In this document: positions 37,916 through 47,894 of the stretch, piece after piece
Position numbering within the stretch: the first letter of the stretch is position 1
Layout: each line of letters opens with the position of its first letter
Origin: Bispira polyomma
Taxonomy: Eukaryota
DNA length: 64,000 bases
Reading direction: 5' to 3'
Assembly (NCBI GenBank): GCA_965649765.1
Contig: OZ287756.1
Coordinates: 7,502,001-7,566,000, forward strand
Translations under genes and position numbers: made by a program
Notes under the pieces: model-generated
Seen by the model: the letters and a program-made list of their open reading frames with translations, nothing else
Told to the model about the DNA's origin: nothing
Databases searched by the model: none

Positions 37916-40900
37916 AGATGAAGCCATACTTTGATTAAACTGATGAATGAAGTAAGAATTGATCGTAACAATTCAACATACAAATGGAGAAGTATGGTAA
38001 AAATGAAAAAAGACAGAGTTTTTAATAAACTGTCAACAGGTATGAGTAAGACCATATGAATAAAATGTACTTAACTGAAATGGAGTATCCAAGGATAAAG
38101 CAAACTGTATAACTGTGTAACTTCACAAACAGTACAGTAGGTAGTAAGCACAATATGTAGTTCAATGGTAACATAAAAAAGAAGTAAATGTTACTTTTTC
38201 CACTAGTATTAATTCATAAAAGGGAAGAACAATATAATAATATATATCTGTGTCAGTGAAGAGCAAAGCTTCAACTGATTACACACACAGGTTTTTCAAC
38301 AGTTCAACTACATCTGGTAAATATCAGTGAAGGACTAAGCCTCACATACAAGGTTAGCCTTTCTTTCGCGATATAAATGTGATTATATATTTGATATAAT
38401 CATTATTGAAAAGTGGAATAGGATTTTACCTGCACAAAGAACAAAAAAGCAATGGCGAACTGTAAGTAACCAATTGAAGGTAAAATGCGAGCTCTCCAGT
38501 ATAAAATATTACCAAATGTACTTGTAACTAAAAGTTGGTTATTTCTGGTCAAAATTTCAGCGGATGACTTCTGCTATTTTTGTGGGTAGGAAAGTTAAAT
38601 AATTGGACACGTCTTTTGGACATGTTCTAAGGTAACCGAATTGTTAGGTAGTATTAAAAAGAGTTTGTCAATTTTTATCTCCTGGAATAATACCTTTTCA
38701 TATAAAAACTTTCTATTAGGAGCAGTAGATAGAGAAAATGCTCCATTAATAAATCACATTTTCAATATTATAAAAAGATATATATATGTAAAAAATGTTC
38801 GGAAGGAAAACTCTTTGAAAATAAGTTAATGGAATATCTTAAGTATCATTAAAAATTTAGAAAAAATCTTTTTAAGCAGGGACGAAACAATGTTTTTGAA
38901 AAAAATGGAAACCATTAATTCAGTTGTTTGACTTGTAGATTTTCTAATAGATGTACTTTGTTTATTATTTGAAATAGGTTTAAATTTTTGTTTTATGTAA
39001 TTAAGTTTTTTTCTGTTATGACAATTTTGGTCTTGTTAAAAAATTTAAAAGTTATGAAATTTTAATATACAGTGAAATATTTCTGACATAAACTACTACC
39101 AGTAACTAATGACAATTTAAAAATTGATATACTCTGTAAGATACATACTGCATGATGTTTTGAATAATGCACATGTTTTTGTTGTGTTTTTTTCTTTATT
39201 TTCTGTATGTAACATAAAATGTACAAAAAAAGGCAACAAAACAAAAAAAATAAAAAAAAAATGTTGGGATAGGTTTGGATAACAGAGGTTATACTGTACA
39301 TATCTTTTTTCGAAAATGAAACTAATGTTGAATACTTTTGCTTTATGTTTATCTGTATATAACTATTTAAGCATAATACAAGTTTACTATGTCAATACAA
39401 AAATATCTCATTACTATAGCATCAACAGACAGAAATGAGTATCAGTTTATACATATAGTGCATGTGGTCATTTTTATATGAAGACTTGTAATAACTTTCA
39501 GTCAGGCTTTGACAAGTAAAGCTGCAACCTTTTCAGTAGTTTGTCATATATTGTAGATATTAGTTTAGTTGGATTATCATTGCTTATAACAACATCGCTT
39601 GTGTTATATCATGACTAGCAGTTCACTGGTGGAAGAAATCAGACCAGGGGCCTGTAAATCGAAGCCTTTGTTACACTTACAAGTTTGTTAGGTCTTCGTT
39701 AAGGATTAGTTAGTGAAGTGTGGTGTAAATCAAAGCCTTAGACAGTTTACTCTTGATTAATTTTGTTCATAAAACCCCCAAAATTGACAACTTATACCCT
39801 GTTGTTAGGTATCAGTTAGTTAATGTATTCAACAATAATTCATTAAAAACAATAGTTAAAAGCACAAAATAAGTCCAATTAAACACTATATTTGACTTTG
39901 TTGCGGTGAATGCATTGTCACTACTACAACACTGAGGCCCTGGCTGTTGATAGAAAACTAAGCCCTCCTGACATGGGTTCATACTTTTTTTCAAATTCTT
40001 CGATTGGTAGAGATGTTATTTTAAAAGTGCAAAGAGACTTGGGTCAGTATATTCAGGCATTCAAACAGTTTTGACCCCTTTTCCAGCAATATAGCGGCAT
40101 TCCACTATTACTGGAAAAATGTTTCTGGCAAAATATTCCAAATAGAAACTAAAAACACCACAGATAATTATTGGCCTATAATGCTTTGATAACAAAAAAA
40201 AAACATTGCAGTACAAACATGTTGCAAATGCATGGTGCTGAAGAAAAGTATATTTTGCGGGTGTTTGCTGTGGACATAACACTTGCGAATACGCATTAAT
40301 CAGTACAATAATTGTTTTTCTTTTATGTAAAGAGGTTAGGGACAGTGGTGATATAGCTTCAACTGGTCATTGGATAGTTTATTTTAGACGTGCCTCATTA
40401 TTGGAGTTAATATGATTTGGAAAATTATAAGATACACATTGGTAAAAGAAAATCCTATTTATCAGATGTTTTCCAAACTGAGAAACCTTTTAAGTACTTT
40501 GTTATTCCCAGGAAACGTCTGGCCTGATTATTTATGTACAGCAAGTAAATCAAGTAGACCCTCGGTTTGTTGTAGAAAGCCAATGGACCAACCACTATTA
40601 TGTTGCTTGAGGAGACCTATTCTAAAGACTGCTTTTACACTTTAGAGATGCAATTTTTCAAATGTGTAACCTGATGTTTAAAAAAAATGTTGATTTGAAG
40701 TAGAATATTCATCAGTAAAAAAACTGTTGTAACAAGTCACTTCACAAAAATGTGCAATTCATTGCAAAAAAAACTATACTAATGCCTTCACTAATTTGAT
40801 TATATTTGCATCTAAATATGTATTGTGGAGTCATTCCTTAGCGATAGATCCCTGGACCCAACAACAATAATGTGACGTCACCATAACCATACATATAAAG

Positions 40901-42287
40901 ATGTATTCCTTTTAGTTTGCACAGTAAGATAAAATCTGATAAATAGCTCATGAAATAATGAATCTAGTTTCAGGAAGTTTTTAAAGAAAAGAACAATTGT
41001 GAGTTACCTGACGTTCCTTAGTAACAGTTAATACACCCCTGGTTGGATAACATTTGATGGGTTGTATGATTTCTTTTTCCCAAGATGAAAATGATTTAAC
41101 TTTTTATTTTACAATAGTGGACACTTTTTCAATGGTTAGAACCTGGAAAACATGGAAGATTATCAAAAACCAAAAATCCACATATTTATAACAGGCTAAT
41201 GTAAAAAAGAAATTACACCAGACAAGATGTGCAGTTGACCCATTTAAAGCTAATATTATGTTTTGTATATAACGAAATGCACTTTCATATTATCTAAAAC
41301 TAGGGAAGATCTATTGACCAGTTTTGAAAACAAATGAAGAATGCTATCATACAGACCCCTGTATCTACTCCTGTGGCAATACCTATATGAGAACTTAAAA
41401 AAAATAATGCCCCTACTACGAGGTAGCAGAAGGTACTGTAACTTGTCATTTTCGCCTATTAAATTAATTGCCCCCTTCTATGTGTCCAAATAAGTACAGA
41501 CGGAAAAAGACGGAATCGACTATTACTATTACTGCTACTGAAGAGTTACAGTTGTGATACGAAAATACTTATAACCACACAGAAACACACAATTACTGGA
41601 ATGTAAACAAGGGATGTAAAATAGTTTGTCCACTATTATACATTCAATATCAAGAGTAGTAACAAATACCTAAACATATTCCAAATCGAATTCACTATAA
41701 GAAAGATTTCACTTCACACTCACAACTAATTCACAGAAATAAATTAACAATATATAAAACGTTTATGACATTTTTAGGACAGTCATTTTGGCAATATAAA
41801 TATATTTTTTTGTAGAAGGTGCTCTTAAATTACTCACCCCTACCATTTATGATATTATGCAATCTGATTTTGGAGCTGGCATGTTCCATGATGAAATCTC
41901 ACTGTCAGTGCCTCCTCAAAGTGTGGATTTATGAATTAATATATAAATAAAACATCATTCTTTGGGCATATTAGTTTAATTCACTAAAGTTAGATCTACA
42001 GATGATGTACAAATTGTAATATCATTAACTAAAAGATTAAGACCACCTTAAATTAATATTGAAGTTAAGAGCATGAGTTTAAGTCCATGCCTGAGTTTAA
42101 GATGTTGACTTAACTTCATTTAAGATTACATTAAATTTACGTATAGTTACTAATCTTATTACTTCATTTAAGATTACATTACAGTTTAAGTTACGTAAAG
42201 TTAAGGTGGCCTTAAGTATTGACTAATATATAGTGTATATAAATGCCATTTAAGTTTATTGTCTGAACTAAAAACACCAAACCCCAA

Positions 42288-43280
42288 CTAGTAGGTAGAA
42301 GAGGAAGGTTGATGTAGTGAATTTTGAAAGGCCAACGCCACCTGGTCAGAGGAGTCATGGTCTTGTGTAATGTAGCGCCAGACGCATTCTGAGGTCCAAG
42401 TGCCATGACTTTGAATATTTTGAATGGAAACATTGTTGTTAAAGGCCCACGTGGCTCCAGAACGTCTAAAAGAATGAAAAGTGATTTTAGAATTTTGCAA
42501 ACCGAGATCTTTAAGAAAGATAGCGAAGTTACGCCTGACTTTAGTGTCAGTCATAGGGAGCCACGTGGCCAAGCTTTTACATTGAAACAGAGGCGAGATT
42601 TTTTGACCAGGAGTGATGGCAAGCATATTGGAAATGGCAGCCACTGGACACAGTGGGGAACCCCCAAGTGAGGGTATTTTTAAAAGTCTAACTGTATCCC
42701 TGCTCTGTAATGTCTTACTCCATTTAATCAATACTTGAAGACCAGGAGGTGCAAATATGATGTCACCTCTGGCTAGGTGTTGTAGGGGTGAGTAAGTAGA
42801 GTTAGAGTGGGGAACCAAATTTGATATTCTCAAGAATGAGAAAAATGCAAAGAGGTAGATGGCCTTGTAGACCTGACCCATGTACATAAAGTCACATTTT
42901 TTGATAATTTGGATCAGCAGAGGAATGTGAATGATGGATTTAAGTTGTACTTTAAAGGGATTATGCAATGCAATTGCCTTTTGGAAATACTTTACTCTAG
43001 GGTCCATGAAGGCTGAGGTGTCAAGGCCATATAGGGCAGCCAAGTAATTTGCTATACCAGAGTGAGAGGTGTTGTTTTCAGCCAAAACCTCGAGGAAAGC
43101 TAAGAGAATAGTAGCCGTGATTGGTTGTATTGCAATATTTGCAAACACACAGTAAGCTAGGAAGTTTCTGAACATAAAGTTATAAGATTTTTGAGTGGAG
43201 GGTCTGAAGGCTGTATGAGCCCTTCCAGCTGCTCTGCCAGCTGCCTTTGCCAGCCAGGAGTTTGTACCTAAAGAATACAA
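42288..43280 (-). CDS. Tyrosine recombinase of the DIRS/Ngaro-like element (~330 aa)
   Basis: Catalytic residues are present: FSFLRISNL (R), IKWSKT (K), HSFRRSGAT (HxxR), HGTWTS (W), VWRY (Y). Confidence 0.93.
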   Translation of the reverse strand: MYSLGTNSWLAKAAGRAAGRAHTAFRPSTQKSYNFMFRNFLAYCVFANIAIQPITATILLAFLEVLAENNTSHSGIANYLAALYGLDTSAFMDPRVKYFQKAIALHNPFKVQLKSIIHIPLLIQIIKKCDFMYMGQVYKAIYLFAFFSFLRISNLVPHSNSTYSPLQHLARGDIIFAPPGLQVLIKWSKTLQSRDTVRLLKIPSLGGSPLCPVAAISNMLAITPGQKISPLFQCKSLATWLPMTDTKVRRNFAIFLKDLGLQNSKITFHSFRRSGATWAFNNNVSIQNIQSHGTWTSECVWRYITQDHDSSDQVALAFQNSLHQPSSSTY

Positions 43281-44000
43281 TCAAACATTCCAGTCAAGAT
43301 GGGTGGCTTCCACCAATACAGGTAACCATATTGGTTCTACTATAAATTTCCTTAACCTGTTTGAAGGTTCGCTGGTTATTGCCCGTCTAGATAGCAAGTC
43401 TGCTACTTCATTATTTTTACCTAAGACATGTACTACTCGTAGGTCAATATCTGCCCTGGCAGTTTCCATCTGGATGTTTCGAGCCATGGCTGCCAGAGTA
43501 AGATCCCTAGTTTTGCCATTGGTAAGTACCGAGACTACTGCCTGATTGTCGCACAATACCACAATTTTATTTCCTGCCCAATGGCAACCCCGTAACCGGA
43601 TAGCCACGATAATATTGATCATCTCCAAGTAAACAATAGAGTAATTTTGAAAGCGTAGAGGAAGTTGAAGTGTGTACACCTGATTACCCCATCGCCCACC
43701 CAGACCTTGCAAGCATGTATCTAGCTCTATACCCATTTTGGGGATTCTATGGTCGAAGAAAGCAACACCATTGAATTGTGAAATGAATTTACTGAACCAT
43801 GCAAGGTCTTGTTTGAATTCAATTGTTGATTGTATGGACCTGTCATCATGTGCCGAGCGAAGTACATCAAGCATTCTGTTTAGAAAAAAGCGTGAAACTT
43901 TAACACACTTGGATACATATAATAGGCTGCCTAGTAACGATTGGAGATCTCGTTTTGAACAGTGTGTCTTTTTATGCCACTTTAGGCATACATTCTTGAC
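43281..44000 (-). CDS. RT thumb/connection + RNase H of the DIRS/Ngaro-like element
   Basis: LQSLLGSL; IELDTCLQGLGG; YLEMINI; VLCDNQAVV; HVLGKNNEVADLLSR. Confidence 0.9.
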   Translation of the reverse strand, partial: VKNVCLKWHKKTHCSKRDLQSLLGSLLYVSKCVKVSRFFLNRMLDVLRSAHDDRSIQSTIEFKQDLAWFSKFISQFNGVAFFDHRIPKMGIELDTCLQGLGGRWGNQVYTLQLPLRFQNYSIVYLEMINIIVAIRLRGCHWAGNKIVVLCDNQAVVSVLTNGKTRDLTLAAMARNIQMETARADIDLRVVHVLGKNNEVADLLSRRAITSEPSNRLRKFIVEPIWLPVLVEATHLDWNV

Positions 44001-44001
44001 A

Positions 44002-44856
44002 TCATTTCAGTTTTTCCAGTGGAATTGAGACAGTGAAATTTTCTGTGTTTATTAGTACACCCAGACATGTAACACTAGTAGCTGGGCTAATGAGTTTTTT
44101 CTGGCTAATTGCAAAACCCAAATCTACTAAAAGTTTATGGAGCATTTTAAAAGACTTTTCTGCCGTATTGGGCGTACCGTACCCTATGACATCATCAATG
44201 TAATTCGTGACTTTAAAGCCCTTTTTAGACATAATGAAGCGGACAGCGTCACTTAGGTGTTGGAATATTGCACTTCCGTGCCTGAACCCAAAGGGCAGGC
44301 ACGTGTCCACATAATAGTCGTCGAGTTTTAAACCTAAAAGGTCATAGTCTTTAGGGTCCATTTTGACGTGCCGGAATGCCCGGCTGACATCAATTTTGTA
44401 CAAAAGGGAGCCTTTGCCTAAGCATCTAACTTTATTTGTGACATCATCTATAGTAGGTAAGGTAAGTATGAAGGGAGTGCCTAGGTAGCTATTTCTTAGA
44501 ACTCCTGCATTGACAGATTCACCTAATGGAAAGCTGAGATCAATTATGACTCTTCTATGTGCACCCCCAGGCTTCTCCCTGGTCATGAAGGGTGATATAT
44601 GTAAGTATTTTATTGGAGGTTTCTTAAATGGACCTAGTATAGCTTTGAACTGCTTTTCTTCTTCTAAATATGCTTCAACATCTTTAGTGTAAAATTTTGC
44701 AGAATTGTGATTTGTATCTTTATGAGATAGCATATTTGATCTATCAAAGTCAACTGGAAAGCCATAGCGTATTAGGAAGGGGAGTTGTTTATCCCAATAG
44801 TCACCTAGCAATTCTACCCATTTGTCTGGTTTTAATTCAGATTCTATTTGAGCCAC
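44002..44856 (-). CDS. Reverse transcriptase of the DIRS/Ngaro-like element (frameshifted from RNase H)
   Basis: RVIIDLSFP..SVNAG; KIDVSRAFRHV; LPFGFRHGSAIFQ; YIDD; CLGVLI. Confidence 0.93.
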   Translation of the reverse strand: MAQIESELKPDKWVELLGDYWDKQLPFLIRYGFPVDFDRSNMLSHKDTNHNSAKFYTKDVEAYLEEEKQFKAILGPFKKPPIKYLHISPFMTREKPGGAHRRVIIDLSFPLGESVNAGVLRNSYLGTPFILTLPTIDDVTNKVRCLGKGSLLYKIDVSRAFRHVKMDPKDYDLLGLKLDDYYVDTCLPFGFRHGSAIFQHLSDAVRFIMSKKGFKVTNYIDDVIGYGTPNTAEKSFKMLHKLLVDLGFAISQKKLISPATSVTCLGVLINTENFTVSIPLEKLK

Positions 44857-45356
44857 AAAAGTTATGCTGTTTATCAGCTGTTATGATCTCATGCAGTTTG
44901 CACATAGATGCACTACTTTTATTTTTCCTGTCTCGTGTTGGTATTTTTAAATCCCCTAGGGGAACAAACCCAAATTTGTCAGTGCTTTGGTCATACCATT
45001 CCCTGAAGGTGGCATTATCTACTGCTGTACGCATAAGATCCTTGTGCTTTGGCTTCACCTGTAATTGAAACTCATATTTATCCTCAGTCTTTATATTACT
45101 GTTGCCTTTTAAGTTAAGTTCACCTCGTCCCATGAGTTTAACTTTGGTTTTAGCAGTGTAAATAACCTGATTTTTTGAGTCACCCATTTGTTTTGTATTA
45201 GTCATGTTATGACCCCTATGGGGTTCCGCAGTGGGATCATTTACTATTTCTCCTTGGTTACCTATCCTTATGGTTTCTTCACATTGAAATTGTTCTAGGG
45301 GGGGGGAAACCTGTTGTGTTGGTTCTTTGAGTTACCCGTTTGTTTTGTATTAGTCA

Positions 45357-47890
45357 TGGATTAAAGATATTAAGTCTTGTTATTCTTAGGTCCATCAATT
45401 ACCAGTCTGTCAAGTAGAAGTTTGTGCTTCCCATTGGTATGGAACTGGCTTCCAATGATGCCAATTACTTTTAGTAGGGGACTAATTATCCATTAGTCTT
45501 CATTACTAATAGGGAGGCCGGTTCAAAGTTTGTTGTCAACTATGGTTTGATTTAATTTTAATTCTTTTCAGCAGAAAAGAAAACATGAAGCTAGTTTTGT
45601 AGAATAACAGTGAAAGATAAAATAGCTGAGTTAATATATTCAAATTAGCCTCATCATGTAGCTGATATTTACTGTCAAATACACTTCACTAATAGTCATT
45701 GTTTAAACTTTATAACTAAAGGTTTAGCTTTTCCTATTAACTTAAATTGCATGCAATCACAAAATTATCCACATTCTGGAAATTATGTCTCACTACAGTG
45801 TATGCATTAGTAGAGGACTTGATTGATTAGTAGAGATTTGATCTGACTGTGGAGGGGGGGGGGGCTAAGCAAGTATGATGAAATGAGATGGGATTTATGT
45901 TTCCTCCTAAACCCAGAAAACATTTCTAGTGATCTAAGCTCAACTGGGAGACTATTTCATAACATAGGGGCAGCCATAGAGAAAGCTCTAGATCCAAGAT
46001 CCAGCCCTCTTAGCAGGTTTTACAGAGGAAACAGAAAGTATTTTCCCTCTGTTTTGTGACGGGCATTTTGTAGTTTGCCATCAAAAATGATTAACAGCAC
46101 AAACCTACACCAAGGTGCGAAAGGTTCCATCAATTGTGTAATGCCTACCAGCTTCCTTCCATTCAGGTCAACTCAAAATTTAATGAATTCATCCTTGGAA
46201 TAAACTGCATCCTCCAACAAATTTGTTATAAATATGTTATGTAGTTTCCGTGTAATCCTGGTAACAAACAATTAAACCAAAAAAAGAGACAAAAACAATA
46301 TGCCCCAGAGTAGGTATTTACTGGTATATTTTCGTTAGACCTTATACAAACAAAATATTTGTCAGTACAATTTGAATTTGTTTGACCTTCTAAGTAAAGT
46401 GTGATCATTTTGATGACAAATGTATGATTGAAATGGAGTGTCTGAATGGAGTGTGTGTTCCAGAAATGAGGAAAATGGACTACACGAGCACTTAGTACAT
46501 CACAAATTGAGAATAATAAATGAGAATTTAGTTTGGTATGATGTCGCTTTTGACAGGTTAGGTCAAATCACATTGGTGAAAGGCCAGTCATTGTGAAGCA
46601 ATCACTTTTAACCCCTAGGGCCACAGCGGCCCCTGGAGTCACATACGAATGAAAATATGAAAAAATCATTTGAGGTAGTATAAATTCAAATTTTTAACAG
46701 TCTAGTAAACATGCATATCGAAGTAATTATTTATGTATATATATGTTTTATATTTATTATATGTTTTGCCATAATTTGTTAGCCAATCAGAATCAATGAC
46801 ACGGGGTTATCATGCCAGAATGCATCTTACACACATAACAAATGATCAAGTTTGTTTCACTTCCTTTCACAACTTATTAACCCTTTCATAGCTGGGGCAA
46901 CAATATTGCACCATACTGAAGGAAATTCCCTAGGTAACAAATAATAGCACACTACCTACAACTCCAGGAATTATATAACACCCTTTTCTTTTATTCCTTA
47001 CAAACATAGAATTCAGCAGTACCAACACAGAAATGCACCATTGTATGGTTTTATTATTTGCTGTAACACTCTCACAATGTGGACTCAAAGTGATATTGAT
47101 GGCTTTAACTATACAGTGCTTAATGCAAGGGGTGGGCAGAAATACTTTGAATGTTACCGCTGTGATTGGGGGCTTGCATTTATAGGCCGCTGTAATGGTA
47201 TGTATATTAGTACAGATGAAGGCTGACTTATTTGTACGTCTCCCATTACCTAATGCAGGGTCTCAGTAATGCATTGAGGGATCAACATTAAATGTTAGAC
47301 AATGTAAATAACCCTTTTTGGCTGTGTCGAGATCCGTGGATAATATAAGACCAATCCGGCATTCATGAGGAAAATCTTGGGTTTGGTTAAAACTGCTGTG
47401 GATATATTGCCATTGAATCTTGTCTGTGATTAACCATGATACCATCTAACCCCTAATTCCTCATTCTTCCACCTTTTGTCCCCATGGTACCACCATAAGT
47501 TCACCCTCACTAACCCTTGTTAACCCTTACAAAAAGCTGTACCTCTATTCCACAAAAGCTGTAAATTCCCCTCATCACTTAAAACTCAATAACTCCCCCC
47601 ACAATGGCACAGAACCATGATGATTTTCAGCATGGCTCTCGCCAGTTTACTTCACCGTGGTCATATGGGACAGGCCTGGATTACCTTGAAAATTGACCAT
47701 CAACATTAACACTTCTGATACCAAGATAAAACTAAATAAATAAAAGTACACCCCAACTACTTTTGGCATTCAATAATGGCATTCAATAATGGACTAATTT
47801 TTTCAACAGAGAATTCTGCTGGGCTAATATTTCCTATTGGGAGAAACTGATGGAAAATTAAATAATAATTTTGTATTGTTGAATGCTTGT
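45357..47890. repeat. Segmental duplicate of ~26790-29970 (GPCR upstream block + L2 fragment + receptor remnant)
   Basis: Long near-identical colinear blocks, e.g. CATGGATTAAAGATATTAAGT, CACAAATTGAGAATAATA, GGGACAGGCCTGGATTACCTT. Confidence 0.93.
46250..47890 (+). pseudogene. Receptor pseudogene copy 3 (exon 2 remnant ~46372-46470; exon 3 remnant ~47090-47197)
   Basis: DGFNYTVLNARGGQKYFECYRCDWGLAFIGRCN G|gtatgt. Exon 4 is deleted at a TTAA microhomology; truncated by the Gypsy remnant. Confidence 0.85.
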
Positions 47891-47894
47891 CACT

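Larger units (their letters stand above)
33987..38407 (-). mobile_element. Internally deleted tyrosine-recombinase (Ngaro/DIRS-like) retroelement with gag remnant (~35000-35900) and internal repeat arrays
   Basis: Minus-strand gag-type motifs IWSN..DFPLLL, FLIFASIY and ELFTYI...FGGTAYLKYDESFR. Ends are shared with 5114-5530. Removing the element restores the Tx1 frame (NNFI|EKWN); TTATT lies at both junctions. Confidence 0.75.
33495..39261 (+). mobile_element. 5'-truncated L1/Tx1-type LINE (33495-33986 + 38408-39261), split by a YR element
   Basis: NPFWKEVFISW, PIWNS, INDLLD; after the insert KWN, LQYKIL, CYFCG...HVFWTC (zf-RVT-like); A-rich tail at ~39235-39261. Host homology to 22881-22950 resumes on both sides. 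Confidence 0.85.
27560..40140 (+). pseudogene. Receptor pseudogene copy 2, disrupted by nested TEs (exon 2 27719-27858; exon 3 remnant ~28687-28867; exon 4 remnant ~28947-29283; end of exon 6 ~33012-33058; 3' flank to 33493, resuming 39262-40140)
   Basis: Colinear homology to 17348-23630. Frameshifting deletion in exon 2 and +1 T in exon 3; exon 1, the TM exon and most of exon 6 are absent. Confidence 0.88.
42050..45356 (-). mobile_element. DIRS/Ngaro-like tyrosine-recombinase retrotransposon, 5'-truncated (RT-RNase H-YR)
   Basis: Domain order RT, RNase H, YR with no DDE integrase and no methyltransferase; one frameshift near 44005. Confidence 0.93.

Noticed and set aside
40300-40830. Possible Penelope/GIY-YIG remnant
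   Set aside because: Only vague Cys spacing; I could not read a diagnostic motif.
42288-43280. Phage integrase or bacterial contamination
   Set aside because: The YR follows RT-RNase H in retroelement order and sits among spliceosomal genes and animal TEs.
42405-45068. Plus-strand ORFs over the DIRS element, and likewise over the GPCRs (26287, 56056, 56284, 61707)
   Set aside because: Antisense shadows of real minus-strand coding sequence.
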